From NCBI GenBank assembly GCA_963836235.1, contig CAWIIP010000002.1, forward strand, positions 512,001 to 576,000: a stretch of DNA of 64,000 nt, written 5' to 3'. Positions 37,149 to 47,239 of the stretch are shown in pieces. A model generated the notes under the pieces. The model was not told where the DNA came from. It saw only the letters and a program-made list of their open reading frames with translations, and made no database searches. Numbering within the stretch: position 1 is the stretch's first letter; each line of letters starts with the position of its first letter. Source of the stretch: an uncultured Pseudomonadota bacterium (lineage in GTDB: Bacteria > Oederibacteriota > Muellerivitia > Muellerivitales > Muellerivitaceae). A program made the translations under genes and the position numbers.

Positions 37149-37599
37149 CCGCCAAACGGAGTACCGGCCTTAAAACTTCCATCGAATCCTTAATGGCGGT
37201 AGGGGAGCCAGGCATGTTGATAATCAGAGTCCTTCCCCTTACTCCCGCCACTCCACGGGTTAAGGCCACCACAGGGGTCTTTTCGTAAGCCTTGTTGCGG
37301 ATAAGCTCGGGTAACCCCGGGATCCATTTCTCACAAACCTGGTACATGGCCTCCGGCACCCGGTCCTTGGCTTGAACCCCTATTCCATCTACGGTAAAGA
37401 TAATATCGATTGTCCCGCTATCGGCGGTTTGAATCAGGTGGGCAGCTAGATCCTGTTCGTTATCCCCCAAGGCTTGGCGAATCACAACTTCCCATCCCAT
37501 CTTCAGGGAAGAAGCATTGAGGTTGTCCCCCGCCTCATCTTTGGCGCCCCCGGTAATGTATTTCTCCCCGACGGTGAATAAGGCGACTTGGATGGGCAT
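37120..37599 (-). CDS. MogA/MoaB-family protein with a divergent GGTG motif
   Basis: D.VPEA, RGVAGVRGRTLIINMPGSP; TVDGIG in place of TTGGTG. Confidence 0.85.
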   Translation of the reverse strand: MPIQVALFTVGEKYITGGAKDEAGDNLNASSLKMGWEVVIRQALGDNEQDLAAHLIQTADSGTIDIIFTVDGIGVQAKDRVPEAMYQVCEKWIPGLPELIRNKAYEKTPVVALTRGVAGVRGRTLIINMPGSPTAIKDSMEVLRPVLRLAVDQIKGTPA

Positions 37600-37691
37600 A
37601 AAGATCCTTAAAACTGGGGATTAAAAGCCAAACGATATTGGTATTTGGGATTTTAAATCGGAAATAGGGTTTTTACAGCGGTCGAAATGAA

Positions 37692-39722
37692 CTATTTTTT
37701 CGAATCAATGTTGGCGTTGCCCAAGTCGTCGGTCGGGGGCAAATCCAAATCCTTGGGAGGCGCCACGTCCGCGTCTTTCAAGGGTGGCAAAGCCAAGCTG
37801 GAATCGCTTGGTGGATTCGTTGTGGGACTACTGGTAGCGGGACTGCTAGTGGAACCGTTGGCTGTGGTAGGGCTGGATAGATCGGGCCCCAAATCCAAGG
37901 GCGGAGCCTGCATGCCATCGATATCTCCGCCAACTCCATCTAAGGATTGAACGGCCTTTTGTTGGTCTTCCGCGCTGACGGGCGGCGCCACTGGAGCAGC
38001 GGGAACAGATGGATTCGGGGTAGTGGTGTTAGCCGTTGCTGAAGTGGTGGCTGGAGCCGGTTGGGTAACAGCGACTGGTGAAGGAGGAGGCGCTAAACTA
38101 TTATCCGTGGAACTAGCCGGGGCCGGCGGAACTGGAGGAACGGAAACAGCGGGTGGATTTGTAGCCGTAGTGTTGGACGTTGGGGGAGCGGCAGCCGGAG
38201 CCGGGGGTATTTGATCGGTTAAATCGGGTGGAGGTGGAACGCTGGAGGTGGGCACAGTGTTTTGACCAGCACTGGAAGCCGGAGTAGTTGCGGTTTCAAC
38301 TTCTGGTGGGGCGATGACATCCCCTGCGGGCGGAACGGGCGGCGGACTTGTGGAATTAACCTCGGTGGAAGGAGGCACTGGAACGGTGGAAGCCGCCGTA
38401 TTTTCGGTTGGAAGTGCTGGTGGGAGCGTTACGTCAGAAGTGGGTAAAGATGGGGGAGCCGAAGCATCTGTTGCCGGAGGAACGGGGGGAACTGTCGAGG
38501 AAACAGCCGCGGGCGGTTCAGGAACGGAGGGCATCGCGGGAGCCGCGGCCGAAGGTTGAACCACAACTGGCGGATTAGATGGACTGGCCATTGGCACGGT
38601 TTCAGCCGAGGCGGATGGCACCACCGCAGCTACTCCCGACAGGTCACCTTGGTCCGGCGGCAGGTTGGCAAGTGGCTTTAAAGCATGGGGAGCAGCGGGT
38701 AGTTCTTTAACTTTGGCGGTCATGGTTCCAGGGGACTCCGGCTCGGTAGCTTCCACGGCCTCCGGAGTGGCTTCGGCAGGCTCAGGGGTTGCTTGTTCGA
38801 CAGCAGGAACGGAAGCTTCAGCGGCAGGAGCCTCGGTGGTTGCGACTGATGCGGACGGTTGTTTCTGTGGATTTTGACGGGCTAATGCCTCTTGCTTCTC
38901 TTTTTTCTCCTGGGTCTTGAGCGCCGTTTCCATTTGCTTGGTGATCAAGGGCAACTGGGTTCGGATATAAATCCGAAGAACTTCTTTCAGGGTTTTCAAG
39001 GGAGCCAATCTCACTGATCCCTGGATTTTGGCCTGGACTGTTTTCTCGTCGGAATTTCCCCAGTAATTGTTCCCCAGGTTCGCCGACGGGGTGTTGTTGA
39101 TAACCTCTTTGTCATTATCATGAATGCTGTTGTTGGTGAAATCCAAGTCCGTAAAACTTTTCAGGTAAAGCCCGTAAGTGTTTTCCGTAATCGTGTTAAA
39201 TTCCAAGTTTGCCTTGACTTGACCGTCCAACACAACGCCGGTGGCATTTCCATAAATTTTGCCGTTTTCCATGCTGGCCGTCGTGTTACCACGCAAATAA
39301 AGTCCGCTCCCCTTGGTCATTTCAAACCATTGCAAATGGAGTTGGGAGTCTTGAACCAGGAATACCCCGCTCAGGACCCGAACATTGGTCATGTCCACGG
39401 TTCCACCATTGATAAAAAGCTCGTTTTGGAGCCCGCCTTCGGTCATGCGGAAAACCGCCGGGGCTGCGGCCGAGCCTTCCACATCCAAGGTTCCGTTCAC
39501 TTCCATGGCGGCGGGGCCCTGAAAAATCACTTGGACGCCGGAGCCAATGTGCAAGGTGGCTCCTTTAGCGACGACGACTTTACCTTGGATTAAATAAGGA
39601 CTGCCGGAAGCGTCCCATTGAGTGTCCGTTGTAATGGAAGCGGGAACATTGGTGGAGGCGAAAGTAGGGATAGTAAGCGTTGAAAAAGCAAGGAAGAGAA
39701 GTAATCGAGTCTTGTGTTTCAT
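37692..39722 (-). CDS. Secreted parallel beta-helix protein with a long Pro/Ala/Thr-rich tail
   Basis: Signal peptide; W...GSPYLI..VVVAKGATLHI; NTITENTYG, NNSIHDN, NNYWG; about 390 aa of low-complexity sequence. Confidence 0.85.
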   Translation of the reverse strand: MKHKTRLLLFLAFSTLTIPTFASTNVPASITTDTQWDASGSPYLIQGKVVVAKGATLHIGSGVQVIFQGPAAMEVNGTLDVEGSAAAPAVFRMTEGGLQNELFINGGTVDMTNVRVLSGVFLVQDSQLHLQWFEMTKGSGLYLRGNTTASMENGKIYGNATGVVLDGQVKANLEFNTITENTYGLYLKSFTDLDFTNNSIHDNDKEVINNTPSANLGNNYWGNSDEKTVQAKIQGSVRLAPLKTLKEVLRIYIRTQLPLITKQMETALKTQEKKEKQEALARQNPQKQPSASVATTEAPAAEASVPAVEQATPEPAEATPEAVEATEPESPGTMTAKVKELPAAPHALKPLANLPPDQGDLSGVAAVVPSASAETVPMASPSNPPVVVQPSAAAPAMPSVPEPPAAVSSTVPPVPPATDASAPPSLPTSDVTLPPALPTENTAASTVPVPPSTEVNSTSPPPVPPAGDVIAPPEVETATTPASSAGQNTVPTSSVPPPPDLTDQIPPAPAAAPPTSNTTATNPPAVSVPPVPPAPASSTDNSLAPPPSPVAVTQPAPATTSATANTTTPNPSVPAAPVAPPVSAEDQQKAVQSLDGVGGDIDGMQAPPLDLGPDLSSPTTANGSTSSPATSSPTTNPPSDSSLALPPLKDADVAPPKDLDLPPTDDLGNANIDSKK

Positions 39723-39887
39723 AAAGTGGCTTACAACCTCATGAAATTATTTTTTGAAAAACGATACCTGATGTTTTCGAGAAGAACCGCAAAGCCCCGT
39801 TACTATAACACAAAAGTTTATTCGTTAAATGACAAAGACGATGTCTTGAGGAAAGCACGGGAAACGTTAAAGCGTTGGATAAGGAAT

Positions 39888-39923
39888 AAAAAAGAGGGAC
39901 GGAAGTTTCCTTCCGCCCCCCTC
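39888..39923 (-). terminator. Rho-independent terminator after ppdK
   Basis: GGGGCGGAAG-GAAA-CTTCCGTCCC followed by TCTTTTTT. Confidence 0.85.
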
Positions 39924-39931
39924 AAATTGTT

Positions 39932-42718
39932 TTATTTCGAGGAATATTCCTTCCCCTTACCCGAATGCCGGATGGCAGCTTGCGCTGCGGCCAAACGGGC
40001 GATGGGCACCCGGTAGGGTGAACAAGAGACGTAATTCAATCCCACCATATGGCAGAACTCAACGGAGTTAGGATCCCCGCCATGTTCCCCGCAAATGCCG
40101 ACTTTGAGCTTGGGTTTCACGGAACGGCCCTTTTCCACGCCCATCCGCACCAATTGGCCCACGCCATTGCGGTCAAGGACCTGAAAGGGATCTTTTTCGT
40201 AAATCCCGTTGTCTTGGTAATAACGGATAATCTTCGCGGTGTCGTCGCGGGAGAAGCCAAAGGTAGTTTGGGTCAGATCGTTGGTGCCGAAACTAAAGAA
40301 GTCGGCTTCCTCGGCAATTTTGTCCGCCGTAACCGCCGCCCTCGGCAACTCGATCATAGTTCCGATCAGGTATTCCAGCTTGACCCCGTATTTCTTGATG
40401 GTTTCCTCGGCGATCTTAATCACAATGGCCTTCTGGTTTTTCAATTCGGCCGTGTCGCCCACCAGGGGAATCATGATCTCGGGGACGATTTTCTTCCCGC
40501 TCTTCACCAGTTCACAGGCCGCGCTGATGACAGCTTCGGTCTGCATTTCGGTGATCTCCGGATAGGTAATCCCCAACCGGCAGCCCCGATGACCCAGCAT
40601 TGGGTTGAACTCGTGGAGTTCCTCCACACGGTGCAGGAGCTTCTTGGCCTTATGCAAATCCGAGCCCTCTTCTTTAACCAATTCGAGGGCTTTCTTGATC
40701 ATCTCGTTGGAAGTGGAGTTCTTCCCTGAAGCTTCCATCCGGGCGATCTCCACCATCAACTCTTCCCTCTTGGGAAGGAATTCATGCAGCGGCGGATCTA
40801 GGAAACGCACGGTAACGGGATATCCTTCCATGGCCTCAAAAAGACCCAAGAAGTCCGATTTTTGCATCGGCAATAGTTTTTTCAAGGCTTCCCGGCGGGA
40901 GGCTTCATCGGTGGCCAGAATCATGGCCTGCATATAGGGTAGGCGGTCTTCGGCGAAAAACATATGCTCGGTGCGGCAAAGGCCGATGCCTTCAGCGCCG
41001 AATTGGCGGGCTACCTTAGCGTCACGCGGAATATCGGCATTCGCGCGGACTTTGAGGGTCCTAAAAGAATCCGACCAGCTCATTAATGTGGCAAAATCGC
41101 CGGAAAGCTCAGCTTCCATGGTGGAAACCTTGCCGTTAATGACTTCCCCGGTGGAACCGTTGAGTGAAATCCAATCGCCCTCTTTAATGGTAACACTGCC
41201 TACAGAAAACTTCCTGCCGTGCTCATCGACTTTAATGGATTCGCAACCAGCCACGCAGGTCTTGCCCATTCCACGAGCCACAACGGCAGCGTGGGAAGTC
41301 ATTCCTCCGCGGGCGGTCAAAATACCTTCCGCCGCGTCCATTCCATGGATGTCATCAGGTGAAGTCTCCAGGCGAACCAGGATGACTTTCTTGCCCGCTT
41401 CTTTCCACTCAACGGCCACATCCGCCGTGAAAACAGCTTGGCCCGTCGCCGCGCCCGGCGAAGCCGGCAATCCCTTAGTAATGACATCTTTCTTGGCCTT
41501 AGGGTCAAATACCGGATGGAGCAGCTGGTCTAATTGAATGGGCTCTACCCTTTGGAGCGCTTCTTCTTTAGTGATCAGTTTTTCGGCCACCAAATCGATG
41601 GCGATCTTCACCGCCGCGGCCGCCGTGCGTTTACCCGTTCGGGTCTGCAACATGAAAAGCTTATTTTTCTCGATCGTGAACTCGAAATCCTGAATGTCGC
41701 GATAGTGCTTTTCCAGTTTTTTAGTTGTGTCGTAAAGCTGTTTGTAAACCTTTGGCATGTCCTTTTCCAGGTTCGAAATGGGAAGCGGTGTGCGAACACC
41801 GGCCACCACGTCCTCGCCTTGGGCGTTCAAGAGATACTCGCCGTAGAACTTCTTTTCGCCAGTGGCGGGATTACGGGTGAAGCCCACGCCTGTTCCCGAA
41901 TCATCGCCCATGTTGCCGAACACCATGGACTGCACGTTGACGGCCGTCCCGATATTGGCGGGAATGTCATTTTGCTTGCGGTAATAAATGGCCCGATCAT
42001 TCATCCAAGAACGGAAAACAGCATCACGGGCGCCGCGCAATTGGGCCATGACATCCTGGGGAAAAGCCTTGCCGGTTTTTTCCTTGATGAGATTCTTGAA
42101 TTTTTCGACCATTTCTTTCAAATCGGAGGCTGACAAATCGGTGTCCAGCTTCACATTTTTTTCTTCCTTCATGTGGCCGATCACGTGTTCGAAAACTTCC
42201 TTACCCATTTCCATGACCACGTTGCCGTACATCTGGATGAAACGGCGGTAGGAATCCCAGGCAAAACGCTCATTATTGGTGGAGGCCACCAAGCCCTTGA
42301 TGGTCTCGTCGTTGAGCCCCAGGTTGAGGATGGTATCCATCATTCCCGGCATGGAGAATTTGGCGCCTGAACGGACTGAAACCAGGAGGGGATTATTACG
42401 GTCGCCGAATTTTTTACCGAGGGACTTTTCCAGGCGGGCCAAGTGGATCTGCATTTCCTTATCAATGGACTCGGGAACCTTCTTGCCGCTTTCGTAATAA
42501 ATGCGGCAGGTTTCGGTCGTGATGGTGAAACCCGGGGGAACGGGAACACCGGCGTTGGTCATCTCGGCGAGGCCCGCGCCCTTACCGCCCAATTCCGCCT
42601 TCATCGTGCCTTCGCCTTCGGCCTTGCCGTTTCCAAAGAAGTAAACAAATTTTTTGGATTTGGAGCTTCCAGCGGATTTGGACTTCGTGGACGACTTTTT
42701 CTTGGCGACTTTCGACAT
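39932..42718 (-). CDS. ppdK: Pyruvate, phosphate dikinase
   Basis: LGGKGAGLAEM, GGMTSHAAVVARG, EGIGLCRTEHMF, FFSFGTNDLTQ. Confidence 0.98.
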   Translation of the reverse strand: MSKVAKKKSSTKSKSAGSSKSKKFVYFFGNGKAEGEGTMKAELGGKGAGLAEMTNAGVPVPPGFTITTETCRIYYESGKKVPESIDKEMQIHLARLEKSLGKKFGDRNNPLLVSVRSGAKFSMPGMMDTILNLGLNDETIKGLVASTNNERFAWDSYRRFIQMYGNVVMEMGKEVFEHVIGHMKEEKNVKLDTDLSASDLKEMVEKFKNLIKEKTGKAFPQDVMAQLRGARDAVFRSWMNDRAIYYRKQNDIPANIGTAVNVQSMVFGNMGDDSGTGVGFTRNPATGEKKFYGEYLLNAQGEDVVAGVRTPLPISNLEKDMPKVYKQLYDTTKKLEKHYRDIQDFEFTIEKNKLFMLQTRTGKRTAAAAVKIAIDLVAEKLITKEEALQRVEPIQLDQLLHPVFDPKAKKDVITKGLPASPGAATGQAVFTADVAVEWKEAGKKVILVRLETSPDDIHGMDAAEGILTARGGMTSHAAVVARGMGKTCVAGCESIKVDEHGRKFSVGSVTIKEGDWISLNGSTGEVINGKVSTMEAELSGDFATLMSWSDSFRTLKVRANADIPRDAKVARQFGAEGIGLCRTEHMFFAEDRLPYMQAMILATDEASRREALKKLLPMQKSDFLGLFEAMEGYPVTVRFLDPPLHEFLPKREELMVEIARMEASGKNSTSNEMIKKALELVKEEGSDLHKAKKLLHRVEELHEFNPMLGHRGCRLGITYPEITEMQTEAVISAACELVKSGKKIVPEIMIPLVGDTAELKNQKAIVIKIAEETIKKYGVKLEYLIGTMIELPRAAVTADKIAEEADFFSFGTNDLTQTTFGFSRDDTAKIIRYYQDNGIYEKDPFQVLDRNGVGQLVRMGVEKGRSVKPKLKVGICGEHGGDPNSVEFCHMVGLNYVSCSPYRVPIARLAAAQAAIRHSGKGKEYSSK

Positions 42719-42821
42719 TTGAACCCTCCTCGAGAATGTTAAACAGGAATAACGTCAAAACGTCGGGATGTCCGGACCACCGACTTTTAGGATTTTCGCA
42801 AAAGGCCCGGAAAGGGGGCTT

Positions 42822-42849
42822 ATTGTAGCAAACCCCCTTTTGAATGCAA
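42822..42849 (-). promoter_or_regulatory. Promoter of ppdK (extended -10)
   Basis: TTGCAT-16 nt-TACAAT with a TGn extension. Confidence 0.55.
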
Positions 42850-42916
42850 CGAAAGCGCTAAAAATAAGGGGCTTGCAAAACAAGGAAATTTCAAAGTTTT
42901 AGAACGATTCAACGGG

Positions 42917-45037
42917 TTAATGGGAAGGGTTAGCAGGAGTTTCCGAAGCATAGACCAGCTTCCTGAAATCACACAGGATTAAAAGGAGATCGGCGGTCTG
43001 ACGAAGTAGGGCCAAGCGGTTATTGCGGACTTTCGCGTTCTTATCCATGACCATCACCTTTTCGAAAAAGGCGTGGATGGGTTGGATTAGGGTTTCCAAA
43101 TGTCCCACGATATCCTCGTAATAACTTTCGCTTCGGCGGTCGGCATCTTTGATCAACTCTTTAGCAAATTGGACTTTTTCAAATAGATCTTTCTCCTCTT
43201 CAAATCTTAATAAAGGTTTGGAAACCTTATCGGAAACCTTCTTTTCGGGAAGAATCCTCAGTACGCGACCAGCCGCGGTCGCCAGTTCCTGGAATTCCTT
43301 TTCCATTTTCTGGCGCTGTACCGTTTCAGCCTTCTCAATCAGTTCAATAAAGGTGGCGGCATTTGTCGCGGCGACTGCGTTTACCACATCGTAAGAAATG
43401 TTTTTGGACTCCACAACGGCCTGAAAGCGGCCCTTGAGAAACTCCAAAACATCATCCTTTTCCTTTGGTTTAGCTTTTCCTGCAAAACCGCTAAGAGCGC
43501 TTTTGACCAGGTCTTCAAGTGAAACAGGGTATTTATTCGATAAAAGGATTTGCAGAATGCCGAGTGCCTGGCGGCGAAGACCGAAGGGATCCTGGGACCC
43601 GCTTGGAATTACGCCTGCCCGGAAGCAACCTACGATGTTGTCCAACTTGTCGGCAACGCTCAAAATGGCGGACCCTATCGTTTCCGGAAGTTTGTCCCCC
43701 GAAAAGCGCGGCCAATAATGTCTTTGGATGGCCACACCTACTTCTAGTTTACCCTCTTGGATAGCGTAAAAACCACCCATGTAACCTTGTAAGCTATTAA
43801 ATTCCTTCTCGCGAATGATATTGGTGGCCAAGTCAGATTTACAAAGACCGGCCGCCTCTTCGGCAATTTTGATGGCCTCATTCGAAATATTGCAAAGAGG
43901 TCCTATCTTTTTCACCAACTTCTGCAGACGGACCGACTTGTCCGCCATCGTTCCCATGCCTTCCAGCCAGGTTATGCCAGAAAGCTTCTCTCCCCAGCCT
44001 TTCAGGGAAATTTTCATGTCTTCCGCCACGAAGAATCTTGCGTCTTCCAGGCGGGCCTTCAGAACCGCCTCGTTCGAACGGATAACCACCGCATTATCCT
44101 TTGGAGTGCCGTTGATAACGCCGATAAAATAAGGGGCAAGATTTCCCTGGGAATCCCGGACCGCAAAGTATTTTTGGTGTTCCCGCATGGCCGTGACGAT
44201 GACCTGTTCAGGTAGATCCAGGTAATGGGGGTCGAAAGAACCCATGATAATGTCCGGTGATTCAATCAAATTGTTCACGTCATCCAAAAGCTCGGGATCG
44301 GGGATTACCGTAGTGTTCTTCTCAGCGGCGGCCTGCTGGACCTTGTTCCAAATGGCCTGTCGGCGCTCATCGGGGGCCGCAGTCACCCCCGCCTGCCTTA
44401 AGACTTCCAAGTAATCGCCTGCTTCCACCACATCTAAAGGCCCCTGCTTCAAAGCCCGCAAACCCCGCGTTTCTCGGCTGCTGTAAAGACCGGCGATTTC
44501 AAAAGGAATAACCGCCCGAGAGAAAACCGAACAAATCCAACGAATGGGCCGAGCGAAGAGAAAATCCCCATTACCCCAGCGCTGGACCTTGGGGAAACGG
44601 ACCTTCCTGATCACTTCGGGAAAAACTTCGGCCATGATCTCCGAAGTAAGCCTCCCACCACCCTTCTTAAGAGCCACCACCACCTCGCCCTTGGGCGTCA
44701 TTTTGCGCTTTAAAGAAGCCGCTGAAACGCCCTGGGCTTTGGCGAAACCTTCTCCGGCCCGCGTGGGCAAACCATGCTGATCAAAAGCTATCGAAACCAG
44801 CGGGCCCGTGACTTCTTTGCTGGAATCCTGTTGCATTTCCGGTAGGCCCTTGAAGAAAAGGGTCAATCGTCGAGGCGTGTAATAGGTATAAAGATGCTGA
44901 TACGAAATGCGGTGGTCGCGCAAAGACGCTTCCGCCGCGGCAACCATCTGGTCAATGGCCGGGCGGATATAGGAGGAAGGAAGTTCCTCGCATCCGATTT
45001 CAAGTACGGCATCCTTCAGGATCATTAAAAACCCCAA
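42917..45037 (-). CDS. glyS: Glycine--tRNA ligase beta subunit
   Basis: LEIGCEELP, TPRRL, HQKYF, ARLEDARFF, GSQDPFGLRR, RNNRLALL. Confidence 0.97.
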   Translation of the reverse strand: MGFLMILKDAVLEIGCEELPSSYIRPAIDQMVAAAEASLRDHRISYQHLYTYYTPRRLTLFFKGLPEMQQDSSKEVTGPLVSIAFDQHGLPTRAGEGFAKAQGVSAASLKRKMTPKGEVVVALKKGGGRLTSEIMAEVFPEVIRKVRFPKVQRWGNGDFLFARPIRWICSVFSRAVIPFEIAGLYSSRETRGLRALKQGPLDVVEAGDYLEVLRQAGVTAAPDERRQAIWNKVQQAAAEKNTTVIPDPELLDDVNNLIESPDIIMGSFDPHYLDLPEQVIVTAMREHQKYFAVRDSQGNLAPYFIGVINGTPKDNAVVIRSNEAVLKARLEDARFFVAEDMKISLKGWGEKLSGITWLEGMGTMADKSVRLQKLVKKIGPLCNISNEAIKIAEEAAGLCKSDLATNIIREKEFNSLQGYMGGFYAIQEGKLEVGVAIQRHYWPRFSGDKLPETIGSAILSVADKLDNIVGCFRAGVIPSGSQDPFGLRRQALGILQILLSNKYPVSLEDLVKSALSGFAGKAKPKEKDDVLEFLKGRFQAVVESKNISYDVVNAVAATNAATFIELIEKAETVQRQKMEKEFQELATAAGRVLRILPEKKVSDKVSKPLLRFEEEKDLFEKVQFAKELIKDADRRSESYYEDIVGHLETLIQPIHAFFEKVMVMDKNAKVRNNRLALLRQTADLLLILCDFRKLVYASETPANPSH

Positions 45038-45053
45038 TTTTTAATTTTGAATT

Positions 45054-45935
45054 CTAGGATTTCCGCATCAACGGAAATCCCAGTCCTTCACGCTCTTTCA
45101 CGTAAGCCGTGGCCACCGCTTTAGCCATTCCCCGCACCCTGGCGATGTAATTGGTCCGCTCGGCCACCGAGATGGCCCCCCGAGCGTCCAACAAGTTAAA
45201 AGTATGTGACGCCTTAATAACGTAATCATAGGCTGGGGCAGTCAGTTGGAGTTCTAACAGACGCCGCGCCTCTCCCTCGTAATCTTTGAAATGCCTCAAG
45301 AGCATATTGGTATTCGCGTGCGCGAAATTAAAAGCCGAGAACTGTTTTTCGCTTTGAAGAAAGATGTCGCGGTAAGTAATACCTTTTCCGCCGTAATTCA
45401 AATCCCAAACGCTGTCCACTCCCTGGATGACGGTGGCTATTCGTTCCAGACCAAAAGTGATCTCCCCGGATACGGGCTTCAGTTCCAACCCGCCGGTCGT
45501 CTGGAAAAAGGTGAACTGGGTGATCTCGATTCCATCCATCCAAACTTGCCAACCCAACCCGGAAGCTCCCAAAGTGGGTGATTCCCAATCGTCCTCTACA
45601 AAGCGGATGTCGTGCTCGTCCTGCCGAATGCCAATCTGTTCCAGACTTTCCAGGTAAAGCTCAACCATGTTCTCGGGCGAAGGCTTGAGGATGATTTGAT
45701 ACTGGTAGTAATGCTGCATGCGGTTGGGGTTTTCCCCGTAACGGCCGTCTTTGGGCCGGCGGCAAGGGTCCACATAGGCCACATGATAGGGCTCGGGGCC
45801 CAAGACCCGAAAAAAAGTGGCGGGGTTGAATGTACCGGCGCCCTTTTCCAAATCGTAAGGCTGTTGAACGACACAACCTTGTTGGCTCCAATATTGGTTG
45901 AGGGTAAAGATGAGTTCCTGGAATGAAAGCGCCAT
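45054..45935 (-). CDS. glyQ: Glycine--tRNA ligase alpha subunit
   Basis: [32 protein letters not shown]. Confidence 0.98.
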   Translation of the reverse strand: MALSFQELIFTLNQYWSQQGCVVQQPYDLEKGAGTFNPATFFRVLGPEPYHVAYVDPCRRPKDGRYGENPNRMQHYYQYQIILKPSPENMVELYLESLEQIGIRQDEHDIRFVEDDWESPTLGASGLGWQVWMDGIEITQFTFFQTTGGLELKPVSGEITFGLERIATVIQGVDSVWDLNYGGKGITYRDIFLQSEKQFSAFNFAHANTNMLLRHFKDYEGEARRLLELQLTAPAYDYVIKASHTFNLLDARGAISVAERTNYIARVRGMAKAVATAYVKEREGLGFPLMRKS

Positions 45936-46082
45936 TAGGGTCCTGTCGCGGAAATCTTGGTCGATTTGAAAAAAATACGGGATTTACACCTTATTCGCAA
46001 GCTAAAAACGGCATAAAAAGGGATGATTTAAAATCTTTTCGCCGGTAAAACGACCAGTTCTGGTGAATCAAGCCTAAAAGGC

Positions 46083-46113
46083 AAAAAAAAAGCCCCGAAG
46101 ACTCGGGGGCTTT
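46083..46113 (-). terminator. Rho-independent terminator after the cold-shock gene
   Basis: AAGCCCCCGAG-TC-TTCGGGGC followed by nine Ts. Confidence 0.9.
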
Positions 46114-46132
46114 GAAAGATTGCTTAAATCTT

Positions 46133-46333
46133 TTAGATTTTGCGGACGTTTTCAGCCTTCAGACCCTTCTGGCCTTGGGTGACTTCGAATTCAACGCGGT
46201 CCCCTTCGTTCAAAGTCTTGAAGCCATCGTTCTGAATCGACGAATAATGTACGAATACATCCTCGCCACCGTCCTGGGAGATAAAACCAAAACCTTTTTC
46301 GTTCTTAAACCACTTCACGGTTCCTTGAGCCAT
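46133..46333 (-). CDS. Cold-shock protein (CspA family, 66 aa)
   Basis: GTVKWF, KGFGFI, DVFVHYS. Confidence 0.97.
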   Translation of the reverse strand: MAQGTVKWFKNEKGFGFISQDGGEDVFVHYSSIQNDGFKTLNEGDRVEFEVTQGQKGLKAENVRKI

Positions 46334-46380
46334 TTCGACTAACCTCGCATTTAAAATTTGCACAGTTCATCTATTCAACA

Positions 46381-46503
46381 GGAGCCTTCAGCCCCAATGC
46401 GGAGAACTGCGTAACCCTTATTTCCTTACATTGGGCTTCGCCCAATTGCCAAATGGAAAATAAGGGTAGCTTCCTTCCGGGGATGGGCCCCAAGAAGGCT
46501 CTC
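46381..46503 (-). promoter_or_regulatory. Long rod-like structured 5' leader of the cold-shock gene
   Basis: Nested complementary blocks GAGCCTTC/GAAGGCTC, ACCCTTATTT/AAATAAGGGT, ATTGGGC-GAA-GCCCAAT. Confidence 0.6.
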
Positions 46504-46582
46504 ATATTACTGAAAAGCCACGGCTTTGAAAACTTTTTTCAAAGAAAATAAATATTTTTAAAATGATTGGACTTCAGGAAGG

Positions 46583-47071
46583 TTAAGCGACCGTCAGGGC
46601 CAGGAAAGCAAATTCCAGCAGGACCAGTCCCACTACAAAAATGGTTCCCAAAATAAACCAGCCCCATCCGTCGATTAAAGGCGCACCGAACAGGGGCTTT
46701 TTGGCGGGCCAAACACGGATGATATCCCCGCTTTGGGGCTCCAATTGATCCGGCCAAGCTGGATAGAGGCAATAGATTTTGTCGGCTGAAGATCTTAAGT
46801 TGTACTCGCTCTTCTTTTTTTGTTCTAAAATTTTTTGGTTTTCAACGCTGACTTGGAATAAGCCTCCGACTCGACAGCCGGTTTTCACTTTTCCAATATG
46901 ATTGAAGACCGATGCCACTTTGGCATCTATCCCGCCCTGGCTGGTGACTAAGGAGATCAAGGGGTAGGCCAGGAAATAGGCCGATATACAAAAGAAAACA
47001 ACGGCCAAAACAATACCAAATGATTTCACAAGGATAAGACGCAAAAGAGATTTCCAATTAGAAGAGGACAT
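46583..47071 (-). CDS. Hypothetical two-TM membrane protein
   Basis: N- and C-terminal hydrophobic helices flanking a soluble loop. Confidence 0.75.
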   Translation of the reverse strand: MSSSNWKSLLRLILVKSFGIVLAVVFFCISAYFLAYPLISLVTSQGGIDAKVASVFNHIGKVKTGCRVGGLFQVSVENQKILEQKKKSEYNLRSSADKIYCLYPAWPDQLEPQSGDIIRVWPAKKPLFGAPLIDGWGWFILGTIFVVGLVLLEFAFLALTVA

Positions 47072-47239
47072 TCATAACCCCGTGCTCGGAATATTAAAAA
47101 GAAAGCGGATTTATTCTATGAATAATGACAAAAAGTTCCCACACTTTTCATTCAAACGCAGGGATAGGCCTTTTCCCTGATTTTTTTTTGAGATTCTAAT
47201 AAAAGGCTTTTAGATGAAAAGATGGAGTTTGATCAAAAC

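Noticed and set aside
45936-46082. T-box leader upstream of glyQ
   Set aside because: The region is short and I found no T-box consensus or antiterminator.
46468-46490. CCGGAAGGAAGC on the minus strand, resembling SRP RNA helix 8
   Set aside because: The conserved CAGG/AGCA internal loop is absent (CATC/AGCT here) and the segment sits in the arm of a different long stem.
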